Shown: positions 1 to 13,669 of the stretch, piece after piece
Position numbering within the stretch: position 1 is the first letter of the stretch
How the letters are laid out: each line of letters starts with the position of its first letter
DNA from: Anthoceros angustus
Lineage: Eukaryota; Plantae; Anthocerotophyta
Reading direction: 5' to 3'
NCBI GenBank assembly: GCA_010909165.1
Contig: MU008159.1
Coordinates: 1,426,001 to 1,490,000, forward strand
DNA: 64,000 nt
The notes under the pieces: model-generated
What the model saw: the letters and a program-made list of their open reading frames with translations, nothing else
Database searches by the model: none
What the model was told of the DNA's origin: nothing
Translations under genes and position numbers: made by a program

Positions 1-1368
1 CCCACCACGGCGTGGCCGAACTTATCACGCCGTGGGGTTGAACACTAGTTGATTATGGTCGGGTAGGAATCATTGTAGGAGGACTAGAATCCATAGTTTT
101 GGAACATCTTGACACAAAACCATTCCCTTGGGATCGAATCCTAGGACTATAACGACATAGAGGGTAAATGTGGCCTCCTTGCCTTTGGATGCCAAAACCA
201 TTCCACAAAGGTGCCAGCCATGAGTCTCTACTGCCGAATTCAAGGTCGTTATTGAAAAGCTTTGTTTGCAAAGGCCCAAAGCAGTTGTCATTTACTCCTC
301 TTGGTCGGACATACACTACGTGCACATACTTACCCATAATCACAACAATTTTCCACCACAACCTCGGCACTTTGGGAGCAAGTTTCATGTCCCATTGGTT
401 ACTGTCAGACGTTACTCATGATGTATTATATTGCCCACATGGCACACCGCCTCAATGCGCCCATTAATGTGATTTTACCATTAATCATCGCCTTCCATCG
501 ACCAAAGATTTCCTTGTGCATCCGTGGAGGAGGAGACAATAGACTATAGCAATCGCGGCAAACCAATCACCATACATGGTTTATTCCACTTTCAAGACGC
601 GTGACTCGGCGACGTGAGCAGTGATTTGTCATGTCCGGGTCATGGAGGGCACCAAACCATACCCATCCATTCCACCGGCGCATAAGACAGATCATCGAGT
701 TTTATTGCGATGCATGGGAAGTACAAGTAGTGATCAAGGATGAAGGACTTTCTTATCCCAATGTTTAATTACTTGAAGCATATGTCCCCACATTGTGAGG
801 TATAAACCGTCCCTGTTCACACGACGACCGCCGTGCCCCGAGACCAAGACTGACGCGCCTCCATACCACAGTCCTGATGGCCGACGAGGGAGAGCAACCT
901 CCCATCCATCATCCTCAATGGCCATCGCCGCTGATGTGGAATTGCAGCCCTTGTCCAATGGCCATCGCTGGTTTCCACCACTGTGCAACAATAATGTGCA
1001 CACACTTCAATGATCCATCAAATGCATACAGTCGCAAATGGAAGGTGGCGGTTTGACTTATGGATTCCACAAACACTTTAGCCTGCAGCATGGACTTGTA
1101 GGCGATCAGGCCAAAAAAAAGTGTATACATCCGGCGGCTCACACCAACCCCCACCCATACTGTGTGGTCACTGCACCATGCCCGCACCATGTGGAAGGAA
1201 CCACCGCCACCGAACGGCAAGTCCCCACGAGGAGATAGTGGAACGCAAAAGTTTGGGCAACCACAAAAGAGCCATGAGATGAACAAATTTGATTTTTTTT
1301 GGCTAAAAACGATTGAAGAGGGGTGTTGAGAATTTTCTCAAGAAGCTTGAGCTAGAGTTGTAGGATAT
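1..1368 (-). pseudogene. Degenerate transposon-type coding remnant, possibly a Ulp1/C48-protease-like region; interrupted at 1369 by the TG...CA element
   Basis: Minus-strand ORF pieces 915..1286, 734..1003, 53..388 and 70..291 join across frameshifts into e.g. WLAPLWNG...GGH-FTLYVV, loosely like the H-W-x-L-x-V segment of Ulp1 proteases. The reading appears to continue across the TSD into 8376+. No catalytic Cys motif confirmed. Confidence 0.25.
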
Positions 1369-1788
1369 TGTTAGGAAGGCAGCGAGGATATCCTGTGAAA
1401 AGAACGGGTCAAAACGACTTTGACGAAGGCAGAGGGCAACCAAAGGTTGGTAGGTCGACTACCACCGTAGGTCGCCACCCCACGCCGGTAGGCTGAGAAA
1501 GGGAGCGCATTACCGCATGTAAGTCGCGACTACCGTGGTAGGTCGACAATCTCGCTAAAAGGAAATTAGAATAGGGGATATCCACTATATATGCTCACCA
1601 ATAGGGAATAGATGAATAGGATTAATTAGAAGGTAATTGATCGGGATATGCATAGGGTAGGAAATAGGAAATTAGGAATTTAGGAATGGGAAACCCAATC
1701 TAGGGTTACGAGGCCTCCAGGTGGCAGACATCTAAAGAGGGCAAAGTGCGATTTTGGCGCTCCTCCTCCACTTCGCGACGGACTGAAG

Positions 1789-4700
1789 TTGGGACGTAAG
1801 GAGAAGGAGAAGAAAGTGAAGGAAGAGTGTAGATCCATCGCCATCGCCGCTGCCGCTCACACAAGAAGAAGAGACGCTGAGCCGAGGAAGAGAGAGAGCC
1901 CCACCGAGGGAGCGAAGAGGAAGACATCCAAAGATCCCGGAGCGTGGGAGTTTCGAGCTCGGCAACCGTGAGGAGCGCCAAATGCCTCAGAGGCGGAGTT
2001 TAAAGCTAGGAAACATAGGTTGGAGCATCGAAAGTGTGGGGACTGAGGAAGTCGAAAAAGCAGGAAGGAGCCCCCGATTGCTTACCCGCCTGAAGTCGCG
2101 AGAGGAAATTGGTGGCAGCTGGGGAGACTCAAACCAGGGCTAACGTGTGCTGCAGGGAGAGCGGGTTGCCACAACAAGGAAGAGGTGCACTGAGGTGTGG
2201 AATTTTGAAGCTCTCCAGTTGGGAAGTAATTTCCTTCTTTTGAAGCACTTGGAGAGGAGCCAGGCACCATGCCTCGAGGGAAAGGCAAGGGAAGGAGCCG
2301 CTCGCCAAGGAAGAAGGCAAGCAGCAGGGCCGTGGGGAAATGAGCTTGTAATGCCCCAATTTACGTGTTTTGCGGGCAGCTCAACCCCGTGATTTAGTGG
2401 ATTTCAAAGGCGAGGAGGATAATATCCAATTGGATGGGTGTATGGCCGCAATGGGCCTACACCAATTTGGAGCCGATTGAGGAGTGCTTCATCAATCTCC
2501 ATCAATCGAGGCAGCCTTGCCATTACGAAAGGAATGCTCGAACGGATCCTCGCCGGACCGTAAGGAGCATTCGGCAGTGTATGGGAGACCGAGGAAGAAA
2601 CTGCTCTCTCGAAATTCCAAGAGTTCCTCGACATGATGGATGGAGGAGGGAAGGCCCAAGAATGGCTGGAAAGCAGAGAGCATCAAGGAGAAGTGGAGGC
2701 TCTTTGCAAAGATTGTCTGGGGTTGGTGAATTACCAACGGACTTTATTTCAGCACCAACTTCCTCCAATTTTGTGGAAGATTTCCATGGGAGCCAGTTTT
2801 ATTGGGGAACACCAAGGGGAAGCATACATCCACCACCGGAGAAGCTCCTCAAGCCAAATTCGTGGATGAGGAAGGGCCAGGCCTTGCTACCTTAGCACCT
2901 ATTTGGTGCATTTGTGGGAAACAGAGGGACTCACAAGCAAGGAGTTGGAAGATGCTTGGCATCCTTGAGATAATTCATCTCCAGCTTGGAAAGGCCTTTG
3001 CCTTTTGCATTGAGGAAGACCATGGGAGGTCGACTCCACAAGCATGCTAGAGCAAGAGGAAGTGAGGCAACAAGGTTGCCGAGTGGAGGCCTTTCCCCAC
3101 AAGAGCAAGGAGGAGGAGAAGAGCAAACCCGCCAAGGAGGGCCAAGTGGTAGTCTATGAGAGGACTACCAGAGGGGTGATGCCCCAAGGGTGGGGAGTCC
3201 CCACCATGCATGGGTGCCTAGGAAGAGGCACCCCACGCCAAGAATGGCTGGAAAGCAGAGGGACTTCTCACAAGCAAGGAGGAGCACCACAACAAGGAAG
3301 AGGCACCCCACGCCAGAGCACCACCGCGGTAGGCACCCCACGAAGGCAGTTTACCTGGCGAGGAAGGGAAGGAGAAGCGCCAAGGCGCTAGCGGCGCCGC
3401 CATCACCCGCTTAGGTGGGGAGAGCGGATGGGGCGACGTGTGGGGACTCACCGCCGATGGCCGGAGTGCAAGGGAGCTGGAGATTTCCAGCAAGAGGAGA
3501 GCAGGACCAAATGGCACTGGAGATTTCCAAAGAAGGGCCAAGGATTAGGGCCCTAGAATTTGCCGAGTGCTTGTGAAGCACTCACCATGTAGACTTGAAG
3601 GGGCTAGGAACTAGCAGCCTCCTTGTGGGCATGTCAGGAGGAAGTCAAGGCCCAGGAGATGACCGAGAGGAGAGCAGGGACCAAATGGCAGCTGGAGGCC
3701 ATGGAGTCCGACGAGAAGGCAGCCAAGTTGGAGAAGGCTGTAGAGAAGCTTCAGCGACCTTGTGGATCAACGGCGCGCGGAGAAGGTCCTGGAGGGAAGG
3801 TTGTCACAAACAGAGGAGAGAGCCATTCGGGCGACAACCCAAAGGGACTCTTGGAGGCAGAAGGCGGAGGAGCATTTTGCCCAATTAGAGCAAGAACCAA
3901 GGGCAAACGGAGGCTCTTTGCAAAGATTGTGTTGGTGAATTACCAACGGACTTTATTTCAGCACCAACTTCCTCCGCTTTTTGTGGAAGATTTCCATGGG
4001 AGCCAAGGATTGGGGAACAATTATGAAGCATACATCCACCACCGGAGAAGCTCCTCAAGCCAAATTCGTGGATGAGGAAGGGCCAAGGCTTGCTACCTTA
4101 GCACCTATTTGGTGCATTTGTGGGAAACAGAGGGACTTCTCACAAGCAAGGAGTTGGAAGATGCTTGGCATCCTTCGAGATAATTCATCTCCAGCTTGAA
4201 GGCCTTTGCCTTTGCATTGAGGAAGACCATGGGAGGTCGACTCCACAAGCATGCTAGAGCAAGGAGGGCCAAGGGCGGAGGGTAGAGGCAACAAGGTTGC
4301 CGAGTGGAGGCCTTTCCCCACAAGAGCAAGGAGGAGGAGAAGAGCAAAACCCGCCAAGGAGGGCCAAGTGGTAGTCTATGAGGACTACCAGAGGGGTGCC
4401 CCAAGGGTGGGGAGTCCCCACCATTACATGGGTGCCTAGGAAGAGGCACCACCCAGTGCAGGCGCACCCCACCACGGCCGGTAGGCGACCGCAGGGAGCA
4501 CCACCGCGTAGGCACCCCACGCCAGAAGGTGCAGCTACGCGGGAAGGAAGGAAGAAGAAGGCGCCTGCCGCCATCACCAGGTGGGGAGAGCGGATGGGGC
4601 GACGAGGGGACCACCGCCGCTGGCTGGCGCGAGTGCAAGGGAGCTGGAGATTTCCAGCAAGAGGAAGAGCTCAGGGCGAAGCCCCTGAGGCCGAGTGCTT

Positions 4701-6436
4701 GTGAAGCACTCACCGTAGACTTGAAGGGGCTAGGAACTAGCAGCCTCCTGGGCATGTCAGGAGGAAGTCAAGGCCCAGGAGATGACCGAGAGGAGAGCAG
4801 GGACCAAATGGCAGCTGGAGGCCATGGAGTCCGACGAGAAGGCAGCCAAGTTGGAGAAGGCTGTAGAGAAGCTTCAGCGCGACCTTGTGGATCAACGGCG
4901 CGCGGAGAAGGTCCTGGAGGGAAGGTTGTCACAGACAGAGGAGAGAGCCATTCGGGCGACAACCCAAAGGGACTCTTGGAGGCAAAAGGCGGAGGAGCAT
5001 TTTGCCCAATTAGAGCAAGAACGGAAGGGCAAAACGGAGGCTCTAGGAAGGGAGAAGGTGGCGGTCCAGCAAATGGACGCGCAGGAGCAAGTGATGGCTA
5101 CCCAAGCCATCAAAATCCGGGATATGGAGGAAGAATTGCGAAGGACCCGATAATTGGAGGAGAAGCGGAGCAAGGAGCTCAAGACCAAGAATTGCGTGAG
5201 CAGCGCGAGAATGCTTGGCAGGAGGAGAAGGAGAGACTTGCCAAGCAGCTGGCCGAATTGGAACAAAAGAGGTTCCAAGAGGAGGAGCACCACAAGAAGG
5301 TGGTGCACAGGATGCTGGTAGTAAGGAAGCGAAGATTTTGGGCGGACTATGCCCTCCAAGCAAAGATGGCCAACCAGCTGAGGGAAACAAGGGAGGAGAA
5401 TGTAACCCTCCATGTGAAGGTGGGAGAATTAACCGCCGCAAGAGATGCCTACAGGGGTAGGTGTGAAGATGGAGATTGGCCCACGGAGATTGATGATCTC
5501 CAAATGCAATATCATAGCTTGGGCGCTCATCTCCACAACAGGATTTTGAAGGCCAACAATGAAGTATTGCGTTTGGCCAAGAGGAGGACATTAGGTCCTC
5601 ATGATGATGACAGGAAGGAGCTGCAGCACCTGCAGGCCCGACTTTGATGAGGCCACGAGCGACATGGACTCGAGGAAGGAAGGAGCCAGCGCCAAGAGTA
5701 GAAGATGGCGCAAGAGCAAGGAGGGGGACAGCCATGGGGTCACCACCATGGTAGGTGACCATTTACGCCACCAGTAGTCCGCCACCACCGGTAGAGTGCA
5801 CGCGGGAGCCCGCTGGGAGTCGGGCCGCGAGGCCCCGGCCGAGGATGAAGGAGCCGGGGTCCAGTATGCCCTGAGGAGTAGAGGTGGGGGAGACAACCCC
5901 ACCGGAGATGGGGCGGGATTAGATCCGCCGAGGAAGGGGGAGGGGTAAGGAATTCCCTCACCCCACGAGCAAGGGAAGGGCCTGAGCCAGGAGAGGAGCC
6001 CAGCACGAAAAAGGTCCGAAGGGATTAGTAAGGAGATCCGCATGGTGCGGCGAATGGGGATGAAGACTCTTTGAAGATGCTCTATGGTAGGTATGGACAA
6101 ATCAAACAGCAGGCAAAGAGCAATGGAGATCTTGACCCGGGAAGTCCTCACTGATGCGGAGAAGGAAGGAGAAAGGGGCGACTACCATGAAGTCACCACC
6201 CAGGTTCCGCTGACTACCGTAGGGTGCCGATAACGGGCGCCAAAGCGGAGGTCAAGAAAAGGCCCGAGCTGAGAGGAGAGGAGAGGAGAGGAGGAAGAAT
6301 TGAAGGAAGGGGCAGGATTGTACTTGCCCCACACATTAGGAAGACGACAGGATCTGGGGAAGGGACAGGAGCAAAAGGAGGGCGAGGGAGCCAATCCACA
6401 AGGAACACGTCGCCACCCCAGCCGGATGAGGACTAG
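1789..6436 (+). pseudogene. Fragmented accessory ORF of the element: basic N-terminus, plant-transposon-type region (MGVWPQWAYTNLEPIEECFINL), long coiled coil, acidic/Gly-rich tail
   Basis: ORF pieces 1789..1971, 2434..2895, 2633..2869, 4782..5153 and 5215-5650 (E/K/R/Q-rich heptads). Homologous text at 19178-19574 (DPEGWKL vs DPGAWEF; WAYSNLELIEECYVNL vs WAYTNLEPIEECFINL). Confidence 0.45.
2630..5040. repeat. Imperfect ~1.2-kb tandem duplication inside the element
   Basis: The text from about 2690-3900 recurs at about 3905-5040 (e.g. gtgaattaccaacggactttatttcagcaccaact at ~2726 and ~3934). The copies differ mainly by small indels. Confidence 0.8.
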
Positions 6437-7460
6437 GAATGGTCAAAGACCATAAATGTTGAGTAGGAAAATAGAAAGGATAGGTAAGATAAGCTGACAT
6501 CCTTTAAGGATGATCTTAGGTGAAATTGCTAGAATAGAATTTACCAAGGATCGAGAGACTTAGATGCCGTGCCTTAAATGTCAAGCAGGAAATAATAGAA
6601 TATTGGAAAAGGTGACCGCAGAGGGTCACCCAAGGAGGGGGACAGCCCACCCGGGGGTCACCCTACCATGGTAGGTGACACCACGCCCGTAGTCCGCCAG
6701 ACCACGCAGGAGGGCACCGGGCGAGCCCGCTGGGAGTCGGGCCGGAGGCCGCCGAGGATGAAGGAGCCGGGGTCCAGTATGCCCCCGGAGGAGCAGCTGA
6801 GGTGGTGGGGGAGACAACCCCACCGAGGAGATTAAGGATTAGATCCGCCGAGGAAGGGAGGGTGAGAAGTTCTCACCCCACGAGCAAGGGAAGGGCCCGA
6901 GCTGAGAGGAGAGGAGACCACGAAAAGGCCCAAGGATTAGTAAGGAGATCCGCATGGGGCGAATGGGGAAAGACTCTTTGAAGATGCTCTATGGTAGGTA
7001 TGGACAACCAAAAGGAAGCAAGGGAAGGAGCAATGGAGATCTTGACCCGGAAGTCCTCACCGATGGAGAAGGAAGGAGAAAGGGGCGACTACCATGAAGT
7101 CACCATTTTAGTCCAGACTACCGGTAGGGTGCCGATAAAACGGGCGCGACTCAAAGGGTGAGGGCGCGGGAGTGGAGAATTGAAGGAAGGGAGGGTGAGT
7201 AGAGGATTAGTAAGGAAGAATTGAAGGAAGGAGAAGGGCAAGAGCAAAAGGAGGGCGAGGGAGCCAATCCACAAGGACACGCCGCCACCCCAAAGATGAT
7301 ACTAGAATGGTCAAAGACCATAAATGTTAGGGAGAAGAATAGAAGGATAGGTGTGTAGCGACATCCTTTAAGGATGATCTTAGGTGAAGTTACTAGAATA
7401 GAATTTACCAAGGACCATAATAGATTAGATGCCGCCTTAAATGTCAAGTGTAGGAAATAA
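5690..7460. repeat. Imperfect ~0.9-kb tandem duplication
   Basis: caccatggtaggtga...ggatgaaggagccggggtccagtatgccc...tagaatagaatttaccaagga occurs at about 5745-6550 and again at about 6665-7415. Confidence 0.8.
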
Positions 7461-9369
7461 TAGAATATTGGAAAAGGTGACCGCAGAGGGTCACCTAAGG
7501 GAGGTTGTATGTGGAAGGCCTCCTATAAGAGGAGGAGGATTTCACAAAGTAAAGTATCACGCCTTGCGCCCATACCGCGAGTCCTTTGCCATTACAGAGG
7601 AATTTTGTGCACCGTCCAAGCCAACGTCTGCAGAGAGGAAGTCGCGTGGTCTGAGTGTTTGGTGGAGGACTTGCTCACGCAAGTGCCTAAACGAGTTGCT
7701 CCCTTGTGAATGGTTGCTGAAATTGCTTTGCTTTGGGTGTGTGGCAATGCCTGTGGAACTCTTGAGGGTAGACTACAGGAAAGACTCGGAGGTTCTCGTC
7801 ACCGTGTCAAACTCATAGCAACCGCCCAAGGAAGAACTTGCCGGTGGAGGCCGACCCTGTGCAGCCAGCCGTAAGGGCAAGCCAGAAGCCCGAACTGAGG
7901 TTAGAATAGGAGGAAGAGGATGAGGAGATGAGTAGAGGAATAGAGTGTAGGTGTTAGTGGAAGGCCACAGGCAGAGCCTAAGGGACGAATCCCAAATCTG
8001 CAAGTAAAAGAGCGCTCCCTGAGTGGAGAAGAGTGGTCTTAGAAGTAGGGACGAAATTGCGGTGTGGATCAGGGGGTCCCTGGGCGCCCGTGATAGGCTC
8101 CTCGCTGCTAAGGCCTGCAATTGTGTTGTGTCGTTGTAGGTCGAGGATTGGTGATTTTTCGAAGCAGTGCAAGTGGTGCAGCTACTGTAAGAGGGTGAGT
8201 AGAGGGCGCCTTGCTCGTTTAGAAGGCTGAGAAGTTGTGTCTCTGCAGGTAGCGATCGGTCATCGCAAGGCCTCGAACTTTCACACAAGTCTCATGGGAC
8301 GAAACCCAACGACGGAAAAGGGATAAGTGTGGCCGCTAGAGTGGGAGGATCTCGGAGCCCCGGTTTTCCCTACCAGATAGCCACGAGACAGCTCTACTCC
8401 ACGCCATGAGGCGGTGACACCGCCTCCAACCTTTGCAAAGGATCCTTGATGGCCATCAACAGATTTCTAGTTGTGCACCAAGATGGAGACATGAACACAC
8501 GCCTGGTGCGAACTACCACTCCACGCCCATTTAGGTTTCCGACGGAAGCTAGCTCCGCATACGCCAACATGTCCGTCATACATGGCATAAGGTAGCAGGA
8601 GAGCGCTCAGTGCATGTTTCACGAAGACAGCTCGCTCATACGAGGATGACCAAGAGAAAGGTAGTAGCGTGAAGCGAGGGCAAGGTGGTGACATTTAAAG
8701 CGGACCACCACCTTCTATACCACTTGTGCCCTGTGCCACATCGGGTTGCGGATGAGAGGATCTTGAATTTCAACTGTTCCTTACATGTGACAAACCAAAC
8801 ATGGCTTTGATGGTCGCCGACCAACAAAGTGATTGTTGGTAAATGCAATGAGTGTGAAGTCGGTGCAGCGCCAGAGGAGCGAATGCGAAGTTTGTTTTCA
8901 TGTCTCCTAAGGGCTGGAAACTTTATGAGCGACGCCATAGTGACGTCAGAGCCGTCACCCTAGCATGGTGCCAGACGGCGTGAATACATTATACGTTCTG
9001 CCATGTGACGCATGATTGGTGGAGAGCAGAATGGGAGTCTCGAACGATGGACATCATTATCTAGGAGAACGGAATTGGCATATATATGGCAAATTCACAT
9101 ACGGACGGTCCTTCATTCATGGCATAATGAAAGGGGGCATTTAGTTTGCTTGAATGGCTCTCACGCCACCCACCGTCCTTGCACAATGGTGTAGATGTTG
9201 ATATAGATTATTAAAAACAGAATGGCCGCCTCAAACGACGGACATGGCATGTTTTCTTCCATGCCATGAGTTTTCAATTATTCTAATGGCTTGCACCCAC
9301 CTTCCTTGGACCATGGTGGAGGGAGAATTTTATTTGAGAGAAAGGGAACCATTGTCCTTGGTTCATGGC

Positions 9370-12110
9370 GTTGTAAGATGGCCATGACCTTGTCATGGCA
9401 TGGCACTTCCTTGGTCATCGCCACAAATCGCATTGCAAACACTTGTCCTTGGTCATCGCCACTCGAAATCGCATTGCAAACACTTGTCCTTGGGTCACGA
9501 AATGGTCATAAAAAGCGGGGACTATATATGGCATGCATGGAGGAATGGCATGGCACTTCCTTGGTCATGGCATGGAGGAATGGCATGGCATGGCATGGCA
9601 AGGCATGCCACGTAGTCAGTGGTTTGGGACGTTGACTTTGAATATTTGGACTCGCTAAAGTGCACAAACATGTGCCTTGGATGTGGGGAAGGTGGCATGG
9701 AGGAAAGGTGGCATGGCATGGCATGGAGGAATGGCATGGCATGGCATGGCAAGGCAAGTGGCCATGACCTTGTCATGGCATGGAGGAATGGCATGGCAAG
9801 GATGGTCCTAGCGGCAAGTGAGGTGGGCACGCCTGTGGAGAATGCGGATTCATCAAGTGGAGAGGGTGGATGATCATCGCGGAGCAGGAGGCGGCGAGAG
9901 GTGTCGGCCGAGGGGAGCAACTTCCAACAGCAGTGGAGTCTGCTGCCAAAGAGGAGGACGATGCTGAGAGAAAGCGGCCGCAAGGGGAGTGGGTGTCTCT
10001 AATAGGTGGGGAGCTAACGCTGGAGCTGCTTGCTGCAGGAGAGAATCCAAAACTTTCAGAGGAGGAATCTGCCAGGGCCGTGACATCAGGAGGGGAGGAG
10101 GAATTTGGCGTGAGTCCGGAGAAAGAGGACTGTGGTGATCGGGAGGAGCATGGTGGTGCTGCCCAAGAGGCCGACCGTGTGGTGGCGAGAGAGGCCATTG
10201 GTCTTGTGGACCTTCCGCTCGTGGCGATGGATAACCCCAACAACGTGGGAGGAGGATGCCTGTGGAGGAGGAAACCGCCCGGGAGTGGAGACCGGTCTGG
10301 AGGAGGCGGTTGCGGAGGCGGGCCAAGGAACGCGTGCATATGATGGTCGGAGGACGGTGAGGAGAAGGAGCGAATGCGAAGTTTGTTTTCATGTCTCCTA
10401 AGGGCTGGAAATCCTTTGCGACGGTGCGACGCCATAGTGACGTCAGAGCCGTCACCCTAGCATGGTGCCAGACGGCGTGAATACATTATACGTTCTGCCA
10501 TGTGACGCGCATGATTGGTGGAGAGCAGAATGGGAGTCTCGAACGATGGACATCATTATCTAGGAGAACGGGAATTGGCATATATATGGCAAATTCACAT
10601 ACGGACGGTCCTTCATTCATGGCATAATGAAAGGGGGCATTTAGTTTGCTTGAATGGCTCTCACGTGCCACCCACCGTCCTTGCACAATGGTGTAGATGT
10701 TGATATAGATTATTACCGAAACAGGAACAACGTCCGCTCAAACGACCTTCGGACGTGTTTTCTTCCATGCCATGAGTTTTCAATTATTCTAATGGCTTGC
10801 ACCCACCTTCCTTGGACCATGGTGGAGGGAGAATTTTATTTGAGAGAAAGGGAACCATTGTCCTTGGTTCATGGCAGTTGTAAGATGGCCATGACCTTGT
10901 CATGGCATGGCACTTCCTTGGTCATCGGCCACTCGAAATCGCATTGCAAACACTTGTCCTTGGGTCACGAAATCACTATATGGCATGCATGGAGGAATGG
11001 CATGGAGGAATGGCATGGCATGCATGGAGGAAAGGTGGCATGGCATGGAGGAAAGGTGGCATGGCATGGACAATGGTAGTGGTTTGGGACGTTGACTTTG
11101 AATATTTGAGGCTGCTAAAGTGCAACAAACCATGTGCATGCATGGAGGAATGGCATGGCATGGAGGAAAGGTGGCATGGCATGGCATGGAGGAATGGCAT
11201 GGCATGGCATGCCACGTAGTCCCCTTCTTGGATGGAAGCAACGCTTGGATGGAAGCACGAAGGATGGTCCTAGCGCGGCAAGTGAGGTGGGCACGCCTGT
11301 GGAGAATGCGGATTCGACTGAAGTGGAGAGGGTGGATGATCATCGCGTGGAGCAGGAGGCGGCGAGAGGTGTCGGAGGGGAGCAACTTCCAACAGCAGTG
11401 GAGTCTGCTGCCAAAGAGGAGGACGATGCTGAGAGAAAGCGGCCGCAAGGGGAGTGGGTGTCTCTAATAGGTGGGAGCTAACTGGAGCCGCGGAGAGAAT
11501 CCAAAACTTTCGGAGGAGGAATCGCCAGGCCGTGACATCGGAGGAGGAGGAATTTGGCGTGAGTCCCGAGAAAGAGGACTGTGGTGATCGGGAGGAGCAT
11601 GGTGGTGCTGCCCAAGAGGCCGACCGTGTGGTGGCGAGAGAGAGGCCATTGGTCTTGTGGACCTTCTGGTGGCGATGGATAACCCCAACAACGTGGGAGG
11701 AGGATGCCTGGAGGAGGAAACCGCCTGGGAGTGGAGACTGCCCACTGGAGGAGGCGGCGGAGGCGGCCAAGGAACGCGTGCATATGATGGTCGGGAGGAC
11801 GGTGAGGAGAAGGACACCGGGCGCAATGATGGGGAAAGCGCAAGCGAGGAGGCGGATGTGGAGATGGCGGATGATGAGGTGGAGACGACATACCGACTAC
11901 ATTGCCACTCGAAATCGCATTGCAAACACTTGTCCTTGGGTCACGAAATGGTCATAAAAAGCGGGGACTATATATGGCATGCATGGAGGAATGGCATCGT
12001 GGACAAGGAAGGTTTCGTGTTGTGCGCCAGTGCACAAACACGCGTAGCGCTGAGGAAGGTGGCATGGCAAGGCAAGGAGCCATGGCATGGCATGCCACGT
12101 AGTCCCCTTC
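9370..12110. repeat. GGCAT/GGAGGAAT-rich low-complexity satellite interleaved with duplicated 0.6-kb blocks
   Basis: Runs such as ggcatggcatggaggaatggcatggcatgg at 9530-9800, 10980-11210 and 11975-12095. Block ~8875-9520 recurs at ~10370-10990, and block ~9815-10360 recurs at ~11280-11810. Confidence 0.85.
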
Positions 12111-13669
12111 TTGGATGGAAGCACGAAGGATGGTCCTAGCGCAAGTGAGGTGGAGATGGCGGATGATGAGGTGGGCACGCCTGTGGAGGGAGGAGGAGAA
12201 GGAAGATGGAGGAGGAGGAGGCGGTTGCGGAGGCGGCGAGAGAGAGGTGTCGGAGGAGGAAACCGCCTGGGAGTGGAGTCTGCGCCAAAGAGGAGGATGC
12301 CTGTGGAGAATGCGGATTCAAGTGGAGAGGGTGGATGATCATCGCGGAGCAGGAGGCGGCGAGAGAGGTGTCGGAGGGGAGCAACTTCCAACAGCAGTGG
12401 AGTCTGCCAAAGAGGAGGAATCGAGAGAAAGCGGCCGCAAGGGAGTGGGTGTCTCTAATAGGTGGGAGCCGGGAGAGAATCAAAACTTTCGGAGGAGGAG
12501 GAGGATGCCTGGAGGAGAATTTGGCGTGAGTCAGGAGAAAGAGGACTGGTGATCGGGAGGAGCATGGTGGTGCTGCCCAAGAGGCCGACCGTGTGGTGGC
12601 GAGAGAGGCCATTGGTCTTGTGGACCTTCCGCTCGGTGGCGATGGATAACCCCAACAACGTGGGAGGAGGATGCCTGTGGAGGAGGAAACTGCTGCCACA
12701 GGAGTGGAGGCGGTTGCGGAGGCGGTTGCGGAGGCGGGCCAAGGAACGCGTGCATATGATGGTCGGGAGGCGGTGAGGAGAAGGACACCGGGCGGCAATG
12801 ATGGGGAAAGCGCAAGCGAGGATGTGGAGATGGCGGATGATGAGGTGGAGACGGACATACCGACTACATTGCCACTACCTGAAATTGGAGAATTGATGGA
12901 GCAGTTGGCCGGTAAGCCACTAGACGACGTCATTGCCGTGTTGTGCAGGCTGCATGGGCGTGGTGGAGTGTACATGGCTGTGAGCCGGTTATGCGATGGA
13001 GGTTGGGTGGAGAATGAGGAGTTGACTGGTTGGTGCGACGTGGTGATATGTAGGACGTGAGCTCTAAGTGATGTGTGCATGACTCGGGGAAGAAGGGAAG
13101 GGAAAGGCGGTGGAAGGTGAAGGCCATGTCGAAGGAAGGCACATATACTAGTGGAGAGAAGGAAGATGGAGGAAAGGTGGCAAGCAGGCGTCACCGTCAA
13201 GTGATGTTGAGGCAACGTAGATGGTGGGGAACCCGGATGTGGGAGCGGAGCACTGGAGAGATGGTGGGGAACTGGATGTGGAGCGGAGCGCTGAGAGATG
13301 GTGGGGAACACGGATGTGGGAGCGGAGGAGGAGGAATTTGGCGTGAGTCCCGAGAAAGAGGACTGGTGATCGGGAGGAGCATGGTGGTGCTGCCCAAGAG
13401 GCCGACCGTGTGGTGGCGAGAGAGAGGCCATTGGTCTTGTGGACCTTCCGCTCGGTGGCGATGGATAACCCCAACAACGTGGGAGGAGGATGCCTGGAGG
13501 AGGAAACCGCCTGGGAGTGGAGACTCTCATCGGAGGAGGCGGTTGCGGAGGCGGGCCAAGGAACGCGTGCATATGATGGTCGGGAGGACGGAGGAGAAGG
13601 ACACCGGGCGAATGATGGGGAAAGCGCAAGCGAGGAGGCGATGTGGAGATGGCGGATGATGAGGTGGAG

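Larger units (their letters stand above)
1369..8375. mobile_element. 7-kb retroelement-like unit with TG...CA ends (solo-LTR-like or degenerate Ty3/gypsy-type) carrying a fragmented plus-strand ORF
   Basis: Starts TGTTAGGAAGG (1369) and ends TTTTCCCTACCA (8375). Flanks GATAT (1364-1368) and GATAG (8376-8380) give a 4/5 TSD. Homologous to 19068-20659 over several blocks. No RT, RNaseH or integrase motifs seen. Confidence 0.6.

Noticed and set aside
8364-8375. Primer-binding site (TGGTAGGG on the minus strand)
   Set aside because: It coincides with the element end next to the TSD, and I could not match it to a tRNA 3' end.
12136-13629. 497-aa minus-strand ORF and many HAMP/WHGM-repeat ORFs at 9-16 kb
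   Set aside because: Low-complexity translations of GGCAT and purine-rich tandem repeats.
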